Source: an uncultured bacterium (GTDB lineage Bacteria > Abyssobacteria > SURF-5). Taken from it: a stretch of 64,000 bases of DNA. Made by a program: the position numbers and the translations under genes. The stretch is from positions 32,001 through 96,000 of the forward strand of contig CAZSKP010000012.1 in assembly GCA_964607485.1 (NCBI GenBank), written 5' to 3'. A model generated the notes under the pieces. It did no database searches. It was not told the origin of the DNA and worked only from the letters and a program-made list of their open reading frames with translations. Of the stretch, positions 1 to 9,367 are shown piece after piece. The number at the start of each line of letters is the position of its first letter. The stretch's first letter is position 1.

Positions 1-1221
1 CTGGATGAGAATATTCCTATCGCATGGGGCGGATGGTATCCCACCACCCATCCGGAGCAGACGATTGCGGACCCCGCGATAGATTTCGTGGTCAAAGGCG
101 AAGGTGAGGTCACGTTTTCGGAGCTGTGCGCGAGACTCCGAGACGGGGAGAGCGTCCAAGACCTGCAGGGAATCGTTTATATGAAGCAGGGAGAAATGGC
201 GAGCAGCCCGGATCGTCCTCTCTTGAAGGAATATCCTTCAAAACGCCTGCCGTACGAGTTGTTGAAAATGGAGGCCTACCATATAGCCAACGGTACGATT
301 AACTATGTGAGCAGCCGAGGATGTCCTCACAATTGCAGATTCTGCAGCATACATGGGTACACAAGACAATGGAAGGGGCTGAAGGCCGAGCAGATAGTCT
401 CCGACCTGGCGTTTCTCAAATCGGAATTCGGAGTTCATAGCGTGATATTCCACGACGACAATTTCTGTGCGAATCCGAAAAGGGTCAGAGAGTTCGTCCA
501 TCTGTTGGCCGAAGCACGTCTGGAGATCACATGGATGTGCAACTCTCACGTTCGCGAATTGAGCTTTCTCGATCAAGAGACATTTGACATGTGCCGCCAG
601 TCGGGTTTGAGCAGGATGTCTATCGGCGTGGAGTCGGGCTCGCAGAAGACATTGGACTTCATCCGGAAGGCCTATAAAGTAAAGGAACTCGCGCCGGTGC
701 TGGAGCGAATCCATAAGGCATCGATTCCTCTTCGTACGTTTTTCATCATCGGCTTTCCGGATGAGAGCGAAGCCGACCTTGAAGAAACATTCTCGTTGAT
801 GAAGCACGTGGCCGAAACGTACCCGGACAGCGAATTGATAATGAGACTCTATCATCCGATTCCCGGGACGGACCTGTATGATTACGAGAAACAGAGCGAG
901 ATTCCCATCCGGTTTCCGGAAACAATCGATGAAATGTCGGAGATCGAGCTCGACGTGGGCCACCCGTGGGACCCCGAGAGTTCCCATCTTATGAGCTATC
1001 GTGACCGAGAGTTCTTGAGAAAGAAGAGCTTCTATTTCTGGCTCGCTTACATATCTCCATCCGTGAAGAACAGGAGGAAGGCGGGCCGTTTCAAAATGAT
1101 GTTTGAGCTGCTTTCTCGCGCGGCAAGATTTCGATCCGAGAAAAACTTCTTCTCACTCCCAGTCGAATGGTGGAATTACAGGCTTCTGCAAGCTCTGAGA
1201 GGCAAGCACTCCCGGAATTAG
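1..1221 (+). CDS. B12-binding radical SAM protein (5' end outside window)
   Basis: Frame is open from base 1 (LDENIPIAWGGWYPT...VVKGEGE, the end of a B12-binding domain). CxxxCxxC motif SRGCPHNCRFC, plus DDNF, GVESG and FIIGFP motifs. Confidence 0.88.
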   Translation: MDENIPIAWGGWYPTTHPEQTIADPAIDFVVKGEGEVTFSELCARLRDGESVQDLQGIVYMKQGEMASSPDRPLLKEYPSKRLPYELLKMEAYHIANGTINYVSSRGCPHNCRFCSIHGYTRQWKGLKAEQIVSDLAFLKSEFGVHSVIFHDDNFCANPKRVREFVHLLAEARLEITWMCNSHVRELSFLDQETFDMCRQSGLSRMSIGVESGSQKTLDFIRKAYKVKELAPVLERIHKASIPLRTFFIIGFPDESEADLEETFSLMKHVAETYPDSELIMRLYHPIPGTDLYDYEKQSEIPIRFPETIDEMSEIELDVGHPWDPESSHLMSYRDREFLRKKSFYFWLAYISPSVKNRRKAGRFKMMFELLSRAARFRSEKNFFSLPVEWWNYRLLQALRGKHSRN

Positions 1222-1257
1222 TGACCTGCGTATAAGTGAGACAAAGCCGTATTTTTT

Positions 1258-1335
1258 GTCATTCCCGCGCAAGCGGGAATCCAGAATATCACAATAATTG
1301 CAGGCCTACTGGATGCCCGCTTCCGCGGGCATGAC
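1258..1335. repeat. REP-like paired palindrome (GTCAT...ATGAC family)
   Basis: GTCATTCCCGCGCAAGCGGGAATCCAG followed by its near reverse complement CTGGATGCCCGCTTCCGCGGGCATGAC, between convergent genes. Confidence 0.8.
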
Positions 1336-1412
1336 GACATTCCTTGCATTACCCATGCAGAAATTTATAATGCTCCGGCCGGCGACTCTCTTTCCACGCG
1401 CATGGTTCACCA

Positions 1413-2408
1413 TCATGGGCCGCCCGCGTCGGCCCCCAGCAGAAGGACGAACTCTCTGAACAGCTCCTGGTCGAGCGCCTCCTTCATCTCATCGCGCATG
1501 ATGCCGAGCGCGGGGAACGACCGCTCCGCCAACTTGTACGCCCGCCGCGTCGTGAGCGCGTCGAAGATGTCCACCAGCGCGGCAAGCCGAGCATGGGGGT
1601 GCACCGCGGCGCCCCTCAGTCCGCGAGGATAGCCGGAGCCGTCGAGCTTTTCGTGATGAGCCACGACGATGATGAGGGCTTCCTCGCTCACCTGCCCCGA
1701 ACCGCGAAGCAGCCTGACGCCGTTTTCCGGATGCTCTTTCATGATGGCCCATTCGTTCTTGTTGAGCGGGCCCCGCTTGTTGAGGATTCTCTGATCAATG
1801 AGGCTCTTGCCGACGTCGTGAACGATAAGGCCGGAGCCGATGGTATTCATCTCCTCTTCGCTGTACCGACCGAGCCGGTGCGCGAGCCCGATGCCGAACA
1901 CGGCCACATTCACGGAATGGGTGTACGTGTAGTAGTCGAACGACGTGCTCGCAAGCAGGCTGAAGAACGCCTGCGAATCATTGAGCATGTAGTTGACGAG
2001 GTTCGATATGACGGCTTTCGAGCGATGTATGTGCTCGCCCGAGCGGGGGTTCTCCAACAGCTCCTCCACGAGGCCCGTGGCGCAGGTGTATGCGATCTCC
2101 GATTTTTCCTCTATCGGGACCGCCTCGTCCGCGATGATGCCGTCGAGATTCCGCTCGAGGTAGATTTGATACTCCTTCTTGTCCGAAACGTCGATATACA
2201 GGGCGTCGGTTCCGTGGTCGGTCAGGTTGCTTCGCGTGCGCTCGGTAAACGACAGATTCCTCCTGCGATACAGGACGAAGCGCTCCTTTCGATTGCGTTC
2301 CACGAGTCTCATGTACATGTCGAAATTCGTCACGGTATCCATGCGGAGACTGTGAAGCGATATCGGATGGTACTTCGCGTGAACCTTGTCAGTCTGTTTT
2401 CTCGCCAT
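1413..2408 (-). CDS. HD-GYP domain protein (putative cyclic dinucleotide phosphodiesterase)
   Basis: YTYTHSVNVA, HDVGK, HHEKLDGSGYP and DIFDALTTRRAYK motifs. Confidence 0.9.
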   Translation of the reverse strand: MARKQTDKVHAKYHPISLHSLRMDTVTNFDMYMRLVERNRKERFVLYRRRNLSFTERTRSNLTDHGTDALYIDVSDKKEYQIYLERNLDGIIADEAVPIEEKSEIAYTCATGLVEELLENPRSGEHIHRSKAVISNLVNYMLNDSQAFFSLLASTSFDYYTYTHSVNVAVFGIGLAHRLGRYSEEEMNTIGSGLIVHDVGKSLIDQRILNKRGPLNKNEWAIMKEHPENGVRLLRGSGQVSEEALIIVVAHHEKLDGSGYPRGLRGAAVHPHARLAALVDIFDALTTRRAYKLAERSFPALGIMRDEMKEALDQELFREFVLLLGADAGGP

Positions 2409-2438
2409 GGGTCGTTGCGTTCGGATTGTCAGCCGGGC

Positions 2439-3773
2439 TCAGTCTACATCCATCGCACAGCGAAACCCGATGAAGGCGTAGTTCCGGCCCTCGGGCCTGA
2501 CTCCGGGCGCGCCGGGGAAAGCGCAGAACCGCATCGAACAACGCGCCAGAAAATCGTTGCCGCCATAGTAGGAACCTCTCACAACCTTCTTCCTCGGGTC
2601 GAACGTGACATCCTTCGACGTATTGCCGGGATAGGCGACGAAATTGCTCGATGTCCATTCCTGCACGTTTGCGGCCATATCGAGGACGCCGTAGGGGCTC
2701 TTGTCGCCCTCGAAGCTGCCGACCGGGGCGGTGCCGGAGCCGAGGTTGCACAGCCCGCGCTCGAATATGTTGCCCCAGGGCCATTTCCTGCCGTCGGTGC
2801 CACGAGCGGCTTTCTCCCACTCCTCTTCCGTCGGCAGCCGCTTGCCCGCCCACGCCGCATACGCCTGCGCGTCGTGCCAACTGATTCCGGTGACCGGATG
2901 GTCGGCCTTCTCTGGCGGGAAGCTGTGGTCGGGCCTGAATTTCTTGTATTCCGCGTTCGTGACCTCGTGTTTGTCCATCAGAAAAGGTTTGACATTCACG
3001 ATATGTTCCGGCTTTTCCGACGCCAGCAGCAACAGCCGGCTCACACCTTCCCGGCGCGACGGGTCCACCGGCATGTTGTCCGCATCGCTGTCATTGTCGT
3101 TACCCATCAGGAACCCGCCGCCCGGAATGTAGACCATCTCGGGATGTTTCCTGAGCAGGGCGGCCGTTCTGGGAGAAACGGCGTCTTTTCCCTTCTTCGG
3201 ATGTTGCTCCTCCGGCTGCTGCGCGGGAACGCTTCTATCCTTTGATTTCTTGGACGGAGAGAAGATGAGGCGGGCAAGCTCCTCGATCTTGGCCGGAATG
3301 TCATCGACGCTTCGCGCCCACGCGCGTTCTATCCGAACCCGCTCGACGTTCGAGAGGTCCACCAGCCGGAGCGTGACGCCGTACTGTTGATTCCACAGGT
3401 AAACGCTCCCGCCGAGGAGGTGGGTGGAACCTGTCGATTTCATCAGAGTTCTTGCCGTCGAGGGAGAGATGCTGTCGGCATCGATGGACGACCTCAGCCG
3501 AGCCAGCTCGGCCGCCTGCGCGCCGGTGATCATGCGGACTTCCGGGGCGGCCCGTGTGATCGAGTCCATGAGCCACTTTGTCGCAATCGGGCCGGCGTTC
3601 TGCACGCCTATATCGTTTTCCACGCGCACAGCCAACACGATGACCTTTCCCCGTGCCGCCCCCGCCGCTTCGGAGCAGAAAAGGGACAAGATGCAGAACA
3701 GGCCGACTGCGTAGTTGTGGAGAAGGCGTGCGCGCATATTAAGAGGTGTTCGGCTCATAGGAATCGCCAACAA
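2439..3773 (-). CDS. FGE-sulfatase (SUMF1-fold) domain protein with an N-terminal CsgG/TolB-N-like domain, probably exported; true start likely downstream of 3773
   Basis: PGGGFLMG, HEVTNAEY, PVTGISWHDAQAY, RLPTEEEWEKAARG and IGFRC motifs; hydrophobic N-terminal segment ending AAGA. Confidence 0.8.
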   Translation of the reverse strand: MLAIPMSRTPLNMRARLLHNYAVGLFCILSLFCSEAAGAARGKVIVLAVRVENDIGVQNAGPIATKWLMDSITRAAPEVRMITGAQAAELARLRSSIDADSISPSTARTLMKSTGSTHLLGGSVYLWNQQYGVTLRLVDLSNVERVRIERAWARSVDDIPAKIEELARLIFSPSKKSKDRSVPAQQPEEQHPKKGKDAVSPRTAALLRKHPEMVYIPGGGFLMGNDNDSDADNMPVDPSRREGVSRLLLLASEKPEHIVNVKPFLMDKHEVTNAEYKKFRPDHSFPPEKADHPVTGISWHDAQAYAAWAGKRLPTEEEWEKAARGTDGRKWPWGNIFERGLCNLGSGTAPVGSFEGDKSPYGVLDMAANVQEWTSSNFVAYPGNTSKDVTFDPRKKVVRGSYYGGNDFLARCSMRFCAFPGAPGVRPEGRNYAFIGFRCAMDVD

Positions 3774-3892
3774 TTTTAGTGAAAATGCAGTGGGCTGTCA
3801 ATCCGGTTCGGGTTTTGCCGCCGCCACAGCGCAGGACTGGGCACATGTCGGCGGAACGTTTGGAACAATCTCAAAAAAGGGGTTCAGTGGAC

Positions 3893-3920
3893 TTGCAATT
3901 TGAGCAATCAATGTTACAAT
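3893..3920 (+). promoter_or_regulatory. Putative sigma70 promoter for the rubrerythrin-like gene
   Basis: TTGCAA-N16-TACAAT with TG one base upstream of the -10 (extended -10). Confidence 0.5.
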
Positions 3921-4020
3921 TTCACTAGATAGGGGGCCACGCAACAGTGGCAGGCATCGCTATACGTTTGTTATACTTAGAAAGGGCGCGGTCGAAAGCC
4001 GCGAAAAGAAGGAGGGGATT

Positions 4021-4551
4021 ATGAACGTGTTCGTATGCAGGATTTGTGGAGACCCATATGTGGGCAACACCAAACCTTCAAATTGTCCTCATTGCGGCGC
4101 GCCTGCGAAGTACATAATTCTCGCCGAGAACTGGGCGGAGCCGGAGATTCCCGAACTGAGCGACGTCTCGAGAAAGCACCTCGAGGCTTCATTGAAACTG
4201 GAGGTGGATAACGTCCAGTTTTACCGTTGCGCCACGAACGCCGCCGCCGACTCCCAGGCGCGGGCGATGTTCAAAGCGCTCTCAAAGATAGAGGCGGAGC
4301 ATGCCGCCACCGTCTGCAAACTCCTCAAGCGACCCAAGGAGGCCATCGAGGACAATCCCGCCACCTGCAGCGCCACCACGCAGGAGGAGCACCTTCAGGA
4401 AGCGCTCCGGCGCGAAGAGCAAGCGGTCAAGTTCTACACGTCGGCCGCCGACTCTGCCGTGGAACCGGTCGTGAAAGAGTTTTTCGAAGCACTCGTCGAA
4501 ATCGAGAGCGACCACATAAGCCTCTCGAATCTCGGTTTGGGGATAGCGTGA
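4021..4551 (+). CDS. Rubrerythrin/ferritin-like protein with N-terminal rubredoxin-like domain
   Basis: CRICG...CPHCG, then two E...ExxH diiron half-sites (IEAEH, IESDH). Strong RBS AGGAGG upstream. Confidence 0.85.
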   Translation: MNVFVCRICGDPYVGNTKPSNCPHCGAPAKYIILAENWAEPEIPELSDVSRKHLEASLKLEVDNVQFYRCATNAAADSQARAMFKALSKIEAEHAATVCKLLKRPKEAIEDNPATCSATTQEEHLQEALRREEQAVKFYTSAADSAVEPVVKEFFEALVEIESDHISLSNLGLGIA

Positions 4552-4571
4552 CCGGTTGATATACCCCATTA

Positions 4572-5789
4572 TCACTCTTTTCTGAAAAACAGTGGTAGAA
4601 TCTGCCATAACCACAGACAGATTAGTATCGCATATACGATGATTGGGACCGTGAAAATTGATGAAAAATAAACGAGGCAGACGGCCATAGCACATGCTAT
4701 TACCCTTTCTCCCTCTTTTGTTGTAAAAAAGAGAAATATTATGGACGGTAGTGGGGCTCCAAGCATGTAGAAGTCCCAGATGAGAGGAAGGGGTAAGAGT
4801 GTTATGAAAAACCAAGGTAACACATTGCTACCCGGTTTTTTTGATACAAAACACGCAATACCACTTAATAGCAGTATGGTAGTTATTGAAACAATTAGTT
4901 TGAAATCGTTGGGAATGTATCTCAGTGGAGAGATATTATGTTTCCATACTTCTTGGAATAGATCTCCCACGAGTGTTTTTGGAACTTCCGTCAGAAAAAT
5001 ATAATAATTTTCAATTGAACTTCCTACTATCAGCAGGCTTCCAAGAAAGCCAAGACATCCAGAAAATACAACACCTCCTATTGTATAGAAGTTCTTATTC
5101 TTCCAACTTGAGAAGAAAGGAAGATTAGAACTAGGAGTAAGTATGGTTTTATCATAAAACTCACTCCCAAGAACATACCTCCTAAAACATCTACCCATTT
5201 TTTCCTTGAAGAGTATTCACATAATAGGTAAATGAACACAAAGGCGGAGGCCCATATGACCACATTTCCACACTCTATAATCTGAGTTGCGGGAATGAAA
5301 CTAACGATACAAATACAGAGCAAGGAAACAACACTTAATCCTGAAGGGAGTCCTTCTCTTTTTACATATATTCCAAAAGATAGTATGATGCAGAGCATTA
5401 TGCTGATTATAGAGATATAGTTCCCCAAAGTGATAAATCTCTTAAAAGTTCCTAAATCTTCACTTCCCAACCTTAAATAAGCACTTTAGAAATGCGAATA
5501 ACGTTGGAGTGCTTACATTTCTCGCGTTTGTATAGGGGACATCCATTAAAGCTCCCTCATAAAGGAATTGAAAATCTACGCCCCCATGAATTACCGGAAC
5601 CTGTGTTACCCATGTTATAGAGACGTAACTTAGGAAGTAAATGGGTAAGATTAGAAAAAAGAGCAGAGATAGTTTTGCAATTCTCTTACCGCTCCTCTCC
5701 AAAGTCCCTTTGACTAGTTTTGCGAAGAATAAGGTAGCAAAGAATAGAGACAAAAACCATGGCAGTTCTCTTAACAAAATGACAATCAC
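4572..5789 (-). pseudogene. Frameshifted polytopic membrane glycosyltransferase (GT87/GT-C-like)
   Basis: Three overlapping hydrophobic ORFs in different frames (5460-5897, 5078-5470, 4572-5198) join into one GT87-like protein: VDFQFLYEGA...Y...TP, then GNVVIW...GMFLGVSFMIKPY, then HNISP and further TM helices. Shifts fall near 5465 and 5115. AT-rich. Confidence 0.6.
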
Positions 5790-5991
5790 TCCTTTCTGAA
5801 AGACAATGGCACGTGAGATGTCCCCGTTTTTGGTGTGAAGTGCGAGATTCACAAAGGACGGCCTGTCACCGCATCCTCCTTTTACCACCAAAAACATTCA
5901 CGTAGTTCACATTCCATCCACTGGTCTCTCATGATTGGTCCGGGTAATCCTAACTCCGCCGACACAAGAAAGGATCGGATTCACTACCGGA

Positions 5992-6140
5992 ATTATTAAA
6001 GCTCGCAGAATATGGTGAGAGAATCCGAAGGGCCGAATTTATTCGGCCAATTCTCGCAGGAAATGTGCGAATGAATTCGCACCTACACTTGCAAAACCTT
6101 TTGGAAGACGTCATCACTGTATTATGCGCGTTTCAATAAT
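5992..6140. mobile_element. MITE-like element with 21-bp imperfect terminal inverted repeats and an internal REP-like doublet
   Basis: ATTATTAAAGCTCGCAGAATA (5992-6012) matches the reverse complement of 6120-6140 at 17/21. Inside are palindromes GGCCGAATTTATTCGGCC (6031-6048) and GTGCGAATGAATTCGCACCTAC (6065-6086). Confidence 0.5.
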
Positions 6141-6210
6141 CTATTTGACAAATGGTTGTTATTGTGATAGATAATGTTAAGTATAAAGAAAAACTGACCT
6201 AGCTGCAAGG

Positions 6211-7521
6211 ATGAAATGCGCTTACTTTGTTTTAAGTATTAGAGCTATGAACTGGCAGAAATTCATTACGTGGTGTCTTGTTATTCTTTTTATAAGCTTT
6301 GCCTCTGCCTATTCAATTATGGGCTTTGGGCGCTCCTTTGAAATTAATGCGGGTGGCGCTGGAATATACAAGTTCGACCGTATGCAAAGTATCATCCTTG
6401 CCAAATCCTTTCTTGCTCGCGATTTCTCCTGCTACAAGAGGGGGTATAGAGGAGAATTTCTAACAGGTATTGGCAGATTTCATACTTACCCTCCTGTCTC
6501 AGGATTGGTAGTTATGCCCATGGTGCTTGCCTCAAAGTGCATAGGAATGGGAAACGATGATTTGTTCAACATCGTCATCCTACCATTTATTTTTTTGAGC
6601 GGTTTCGGCGTTTTGCTCGTTTTCAGTGTCTCGCAGAAGTATGCGAATAACCACTATACACCAGGTGGGCTGGTTTTGACGAGCATTTTCCTGTTTTCCG
6701 GTCTCCTGTTCTACTCGGTTGTTGAAGAGGGCAAACTCGAGGGGGTCGTGGCTTTCTTCATACTATTAGGGGTTTTCTTTCTGCCGGAGAGGAAGGTCTT
6801 GAGCGGAATCTGCTTCGGCCTAGCTCTCTGTACGAAACAGATAGCCGTCCTGTGTGTCATACCCACGTTTTTCGTTCTGGTTCGTGAAGGAAGTTACAGA
6901 AACCTGCTCAAATGGCTCTCAGGCCTAACTGTGGTCGTGGCGATTGTGTTGATCCCTTTCATCTGGGGCTCTGGACCTAAAGACATGTATATCGCCATGT
7001 TCAAGAACTTCGAGCTTCACAAAATTCAGAAGGACACCCCTTTCGGCTACCTGTACATGCTCATAAAACTTCTGCTTGGAGATGAGAGCGGAAGTATCGA
7101 ACGATTCATGCAGCTTTCCGCAAACAACGTGGTACTCTCAGCCTGCGTTTTGATCAGTCTCCTTCTCGTCTTGAAAAGGAACATCGATCTCTCGGCGCCG
7201 GAACGATACTTTGCCCTTCTTGTCGTTTGTTCCTTTCTGTTTATAACTTTCGGGAAATGGTATGCACCCGGTACCTATGAAGTAATGCCCTTGTACATCT
7301 TCCTCCTTTGGGCGGTTACTGCGGACGAAACCACGTCCTGCGGGATTCTGCTTCTGCTCCAAGCATTCATTGTGTGCTCATGGCCCGCTACTCTTTATAA
7401 GAAAGAATTACTGATACTACTATATGTCGTGATCTCTATCTATGTATACCACAAGACATTTCGCGCTAAGGGGCACGAACCGCTGATATCGCGCAAGCAA
7501 TATCTCAAGCCAGCGTCCTAA
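6211..7521 (+). CDS. Polytopic membrane glycosyltransferase (GT-C fold, GT87/ArnT-like); start may be 6247
   Basis: Many TM segments; HTYPPV, EGKLEG and GLALCTKQIA motifs typical of lipid-sugar-donor transferases. Confidence 0.65.
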   Translation: MKCAYFVLSIRAMNWQKFITWCLVILFISFASAYSIMGFGRSFEINAGGAGIYKFDRMQSIILAKSFLARDFSCYKRGYRGEFLTGIGRFHTYPPVSGLVVMPMVLASKCIGMGNDDLFNIVILPFIFLSGFGVLLVFSVSQKYANNHYTPGGLVLTSIFLFSGLLFYSVVEEGKLEGVVAFFILLGVFFLPERKVLSGICFGLALCTKQIAVLCVIPTFFVLVREGSYRNLLKWLSGLTVVVAIVLIPFIWGSGPKDMYIAMFKNFELHKIQKDTPFGYLYMLIKLLLGDESGSIERFMQLSANNVVLSACVLISLLLVLKRNIDLSAPERYFALLVVCSFLFITFGKWYAPGTYEVMPLYIFLLWAVTADETTSCGILLLLQAFIVCSWPATLYKKELLILLYVVISIYVYHKTFRAKGHEPLISRKQYLKPAS

Positions 7522-7711
7522 GATTGTTTATGAGGCTGCTTCGTATCGCTGCCAGCAGATGAGGGGCTAAAGCGCTTGAGGAAGGCAAGACGGCGAAACT
7601 CAGGCGTTGGGTGTGGGATGCATCCAATATATGTTGCTTTCTGGAATTGTCTCGCGTCGCTTTGTTCCAAAGAAAAGGGTTATGAAGACCTTCAGCGTGA
7701 TCGTATAGATT

Positions 7712-9028
7712 TCAGACGGGGCTGCGCTTCAATGTTTCCCTGCCCGGATCGTTGGCTTCATCCTCCACCTCGGCGATTCCGAAACGAAGATACAGTCGTG
7801 AAGGGTCGAAGCTCTCCTTGAAGAGTTCTTCTCGAAGCTCCCACGCCGGAACACGATCCCTGATAATCCTTTTGTAAAAGCCCGCCGCGCCGACATCGCC
7901 GAGCAGAGTCGCGCCGATGAGTCTGTCGCCCGAGAACACCAACCTAGCTCCGCGTCCCCGCTTCAGCGTGGGGCTGGCGAGCACCTTCGCAGCCGGCACC
8001 TTATCGGCCAGATAGCTCTGACCCAGTGTGACGACCGTCAAGCCGAAAACGTGGAGCGAGTTCTGCCATACCGCACCGGCGTACGCCACGCGCCTGCCCG
8101 CCATGTTCGCGCCGGCGACGTGGCCCTGTTCCGACGCGTTCGGCCACAACGGCATCACCACGGTCTTGCCGGTGGCCGCATTCTTGGTCTCGACGACATC
8201 GCCCGCAGCGAAGATGTTCTCGACGCTGGTGCACATGTGGTCGTCAACCACGATTCCCCTGTGCATGTTCAGGCTCATTGATTTCGCAAGCGCGATGTTT
8301 GGCGCCACGCCGGGGCACATGATGGCTGCGTCGCAGGGGATGGAGCGGCCCGAGTAGGTGACCAGATGCGACACCTTCTTCTCTTTCCCGGAGGTCAGAA
8401 ACTCCCTGAAGCGTTCGCCGAGGACTATCTTGAAGCCGTTCTCCCAGCACAGCCTTGAAACCGGCCCGAGCGAGTCGGGGTCGAGCACGCGGGGCAGGAG
8501 CCGCGACTCTTTTTCCACTATCGAGACGTCGATGCCCCTGTGGTGCAGCATGCAGGCGACCTTCAGACCGACGATTCCGCTGCCCACGACCGCGGCCTTC
8601 CTGACTTTTTCCCTCCTGAGGAAGGAATCGATTCTGCGGGCGTCCGCGATGGTCCGAAGCACGAATACGCCGTTTACGTTCAGGAGACTCAGACGGGGCA
8701 AGACGGGGCGGCCGCCCGTGGCGATGAGAAGCTTATCGTAGGCGTGCCTGCCGTCCGTTGTCGCGACGACGGCGTTATCGGCGTCGATTTCCTCGACCTT
8801 CTCCCCCGCCCGAAGCTCTATCCGTTTTTGGGCGAAGAAATCGGCCGGCCGAAGAGTGAGCGAGCTTTCTTCCATTTGACCGCCCAGGACATCCGGCAGG
8901 AGGTGCCGCGCGTAGGGAGGCTCTTTCTCCGCAGAGAGAACGACGATGCCGCCGGTCGAATCGTACCGCCGGATTGTCTCCGCGGCGCTGAGGCCGGCCG
9001 GGCCGGCGCCGATGATGACATATCTCAT
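7712..9028 (-). CDS. FAD-dependent NAD(P)H oxidoreductase (rubredoxin reductase/NirB N-terminal-like)
   Basis: IIGAGPAG, LLIATGG, VVGSGIVG and TSVENIFAAGDV motifs. Confidence 0.88.
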   Translation of the reverse strand: MRYVIIGAGPAGLSAAETIRRYDSTGGIVVLSAEKEPPYARHLLPDVLGGQMEESSLTLRPADFFAQKRIELRAGEKVEEIDADNAVVATTDGRHAYDKLLIATGGRPVLPRLSLLNVNGVFVLRTIADARRIDSFLRREKVRKAAVVGSGIVGLKVACMLHHRGIDVSIVEKESRLLPRVLDPDSLGPVSRLCWENGFKIVLGERFREFLTSGKEKKVSHLVTYSGRSIPCDAAIMCPGVAPNIALAKSMSLNMHRGIVVDDHMCTSVENIFAAGDVVETKNAATGKTVVMPLWPNASEQGHVAGANMAGRRVAYAGAVWQNSLHVFGLTVVTLGQSYLADKVPAAKVLASPTLKRGRGARLVFSGDRLIGATLLGDVGAAGFYKRIIRDRVPAWELREELFKESFDPSRLYLRFGIAEVEDEANDPGRETLKRSPV

Positions 9029-9067
9029 CGATAACTCCCCGCTTTACTGCTTGGAGCACACAATAGT

Positions 9068-9167
9068 TGTCATTCTGAGCGTAGCGAAGAATCTGGAAAA
9101 GTGAAGCACATTCGGGTTAAACGCGAGATCCTTCGCTTGGGCCTGCGGCCCTTCGTTCAGGATGACA
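9068..9167. repeat. REP-like paired palindrome (GTCAT...ATGAC family)
   Basis: TGTCATTCTGAGCGTAGCGAAGAATCT ... AGATCCTTCG...TTCAGGATGACA, forming a nested inverted repeat. Confidence 0.7.
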
Positions 9168-9367
9168 AGAGTGTGAAGCTCGTCATGCCCCCGGCAATAT
9201 TTTGCTTCGAGCTTCCGCCACCGCACAGCGTAATTATTATATCACAACAGGAGGGATTCGTGGTGAAAAGAGGCAAAACACCCGAAGTCGCGTGGTTGTA
9301 TTCGACTGAAGCTCCCGGCGAATGGATGCCGAGCGGTCTCGCGAACAGGCCGGTCTGCGCGCTCAAG

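Noticed and set aside
3911-3928. Rex-like operator ATGTTACAATTTTCACTA
   Set aside because: Only 10 of 14 consensus positions match, and the overlap with the -10 hexamer explains part of it.
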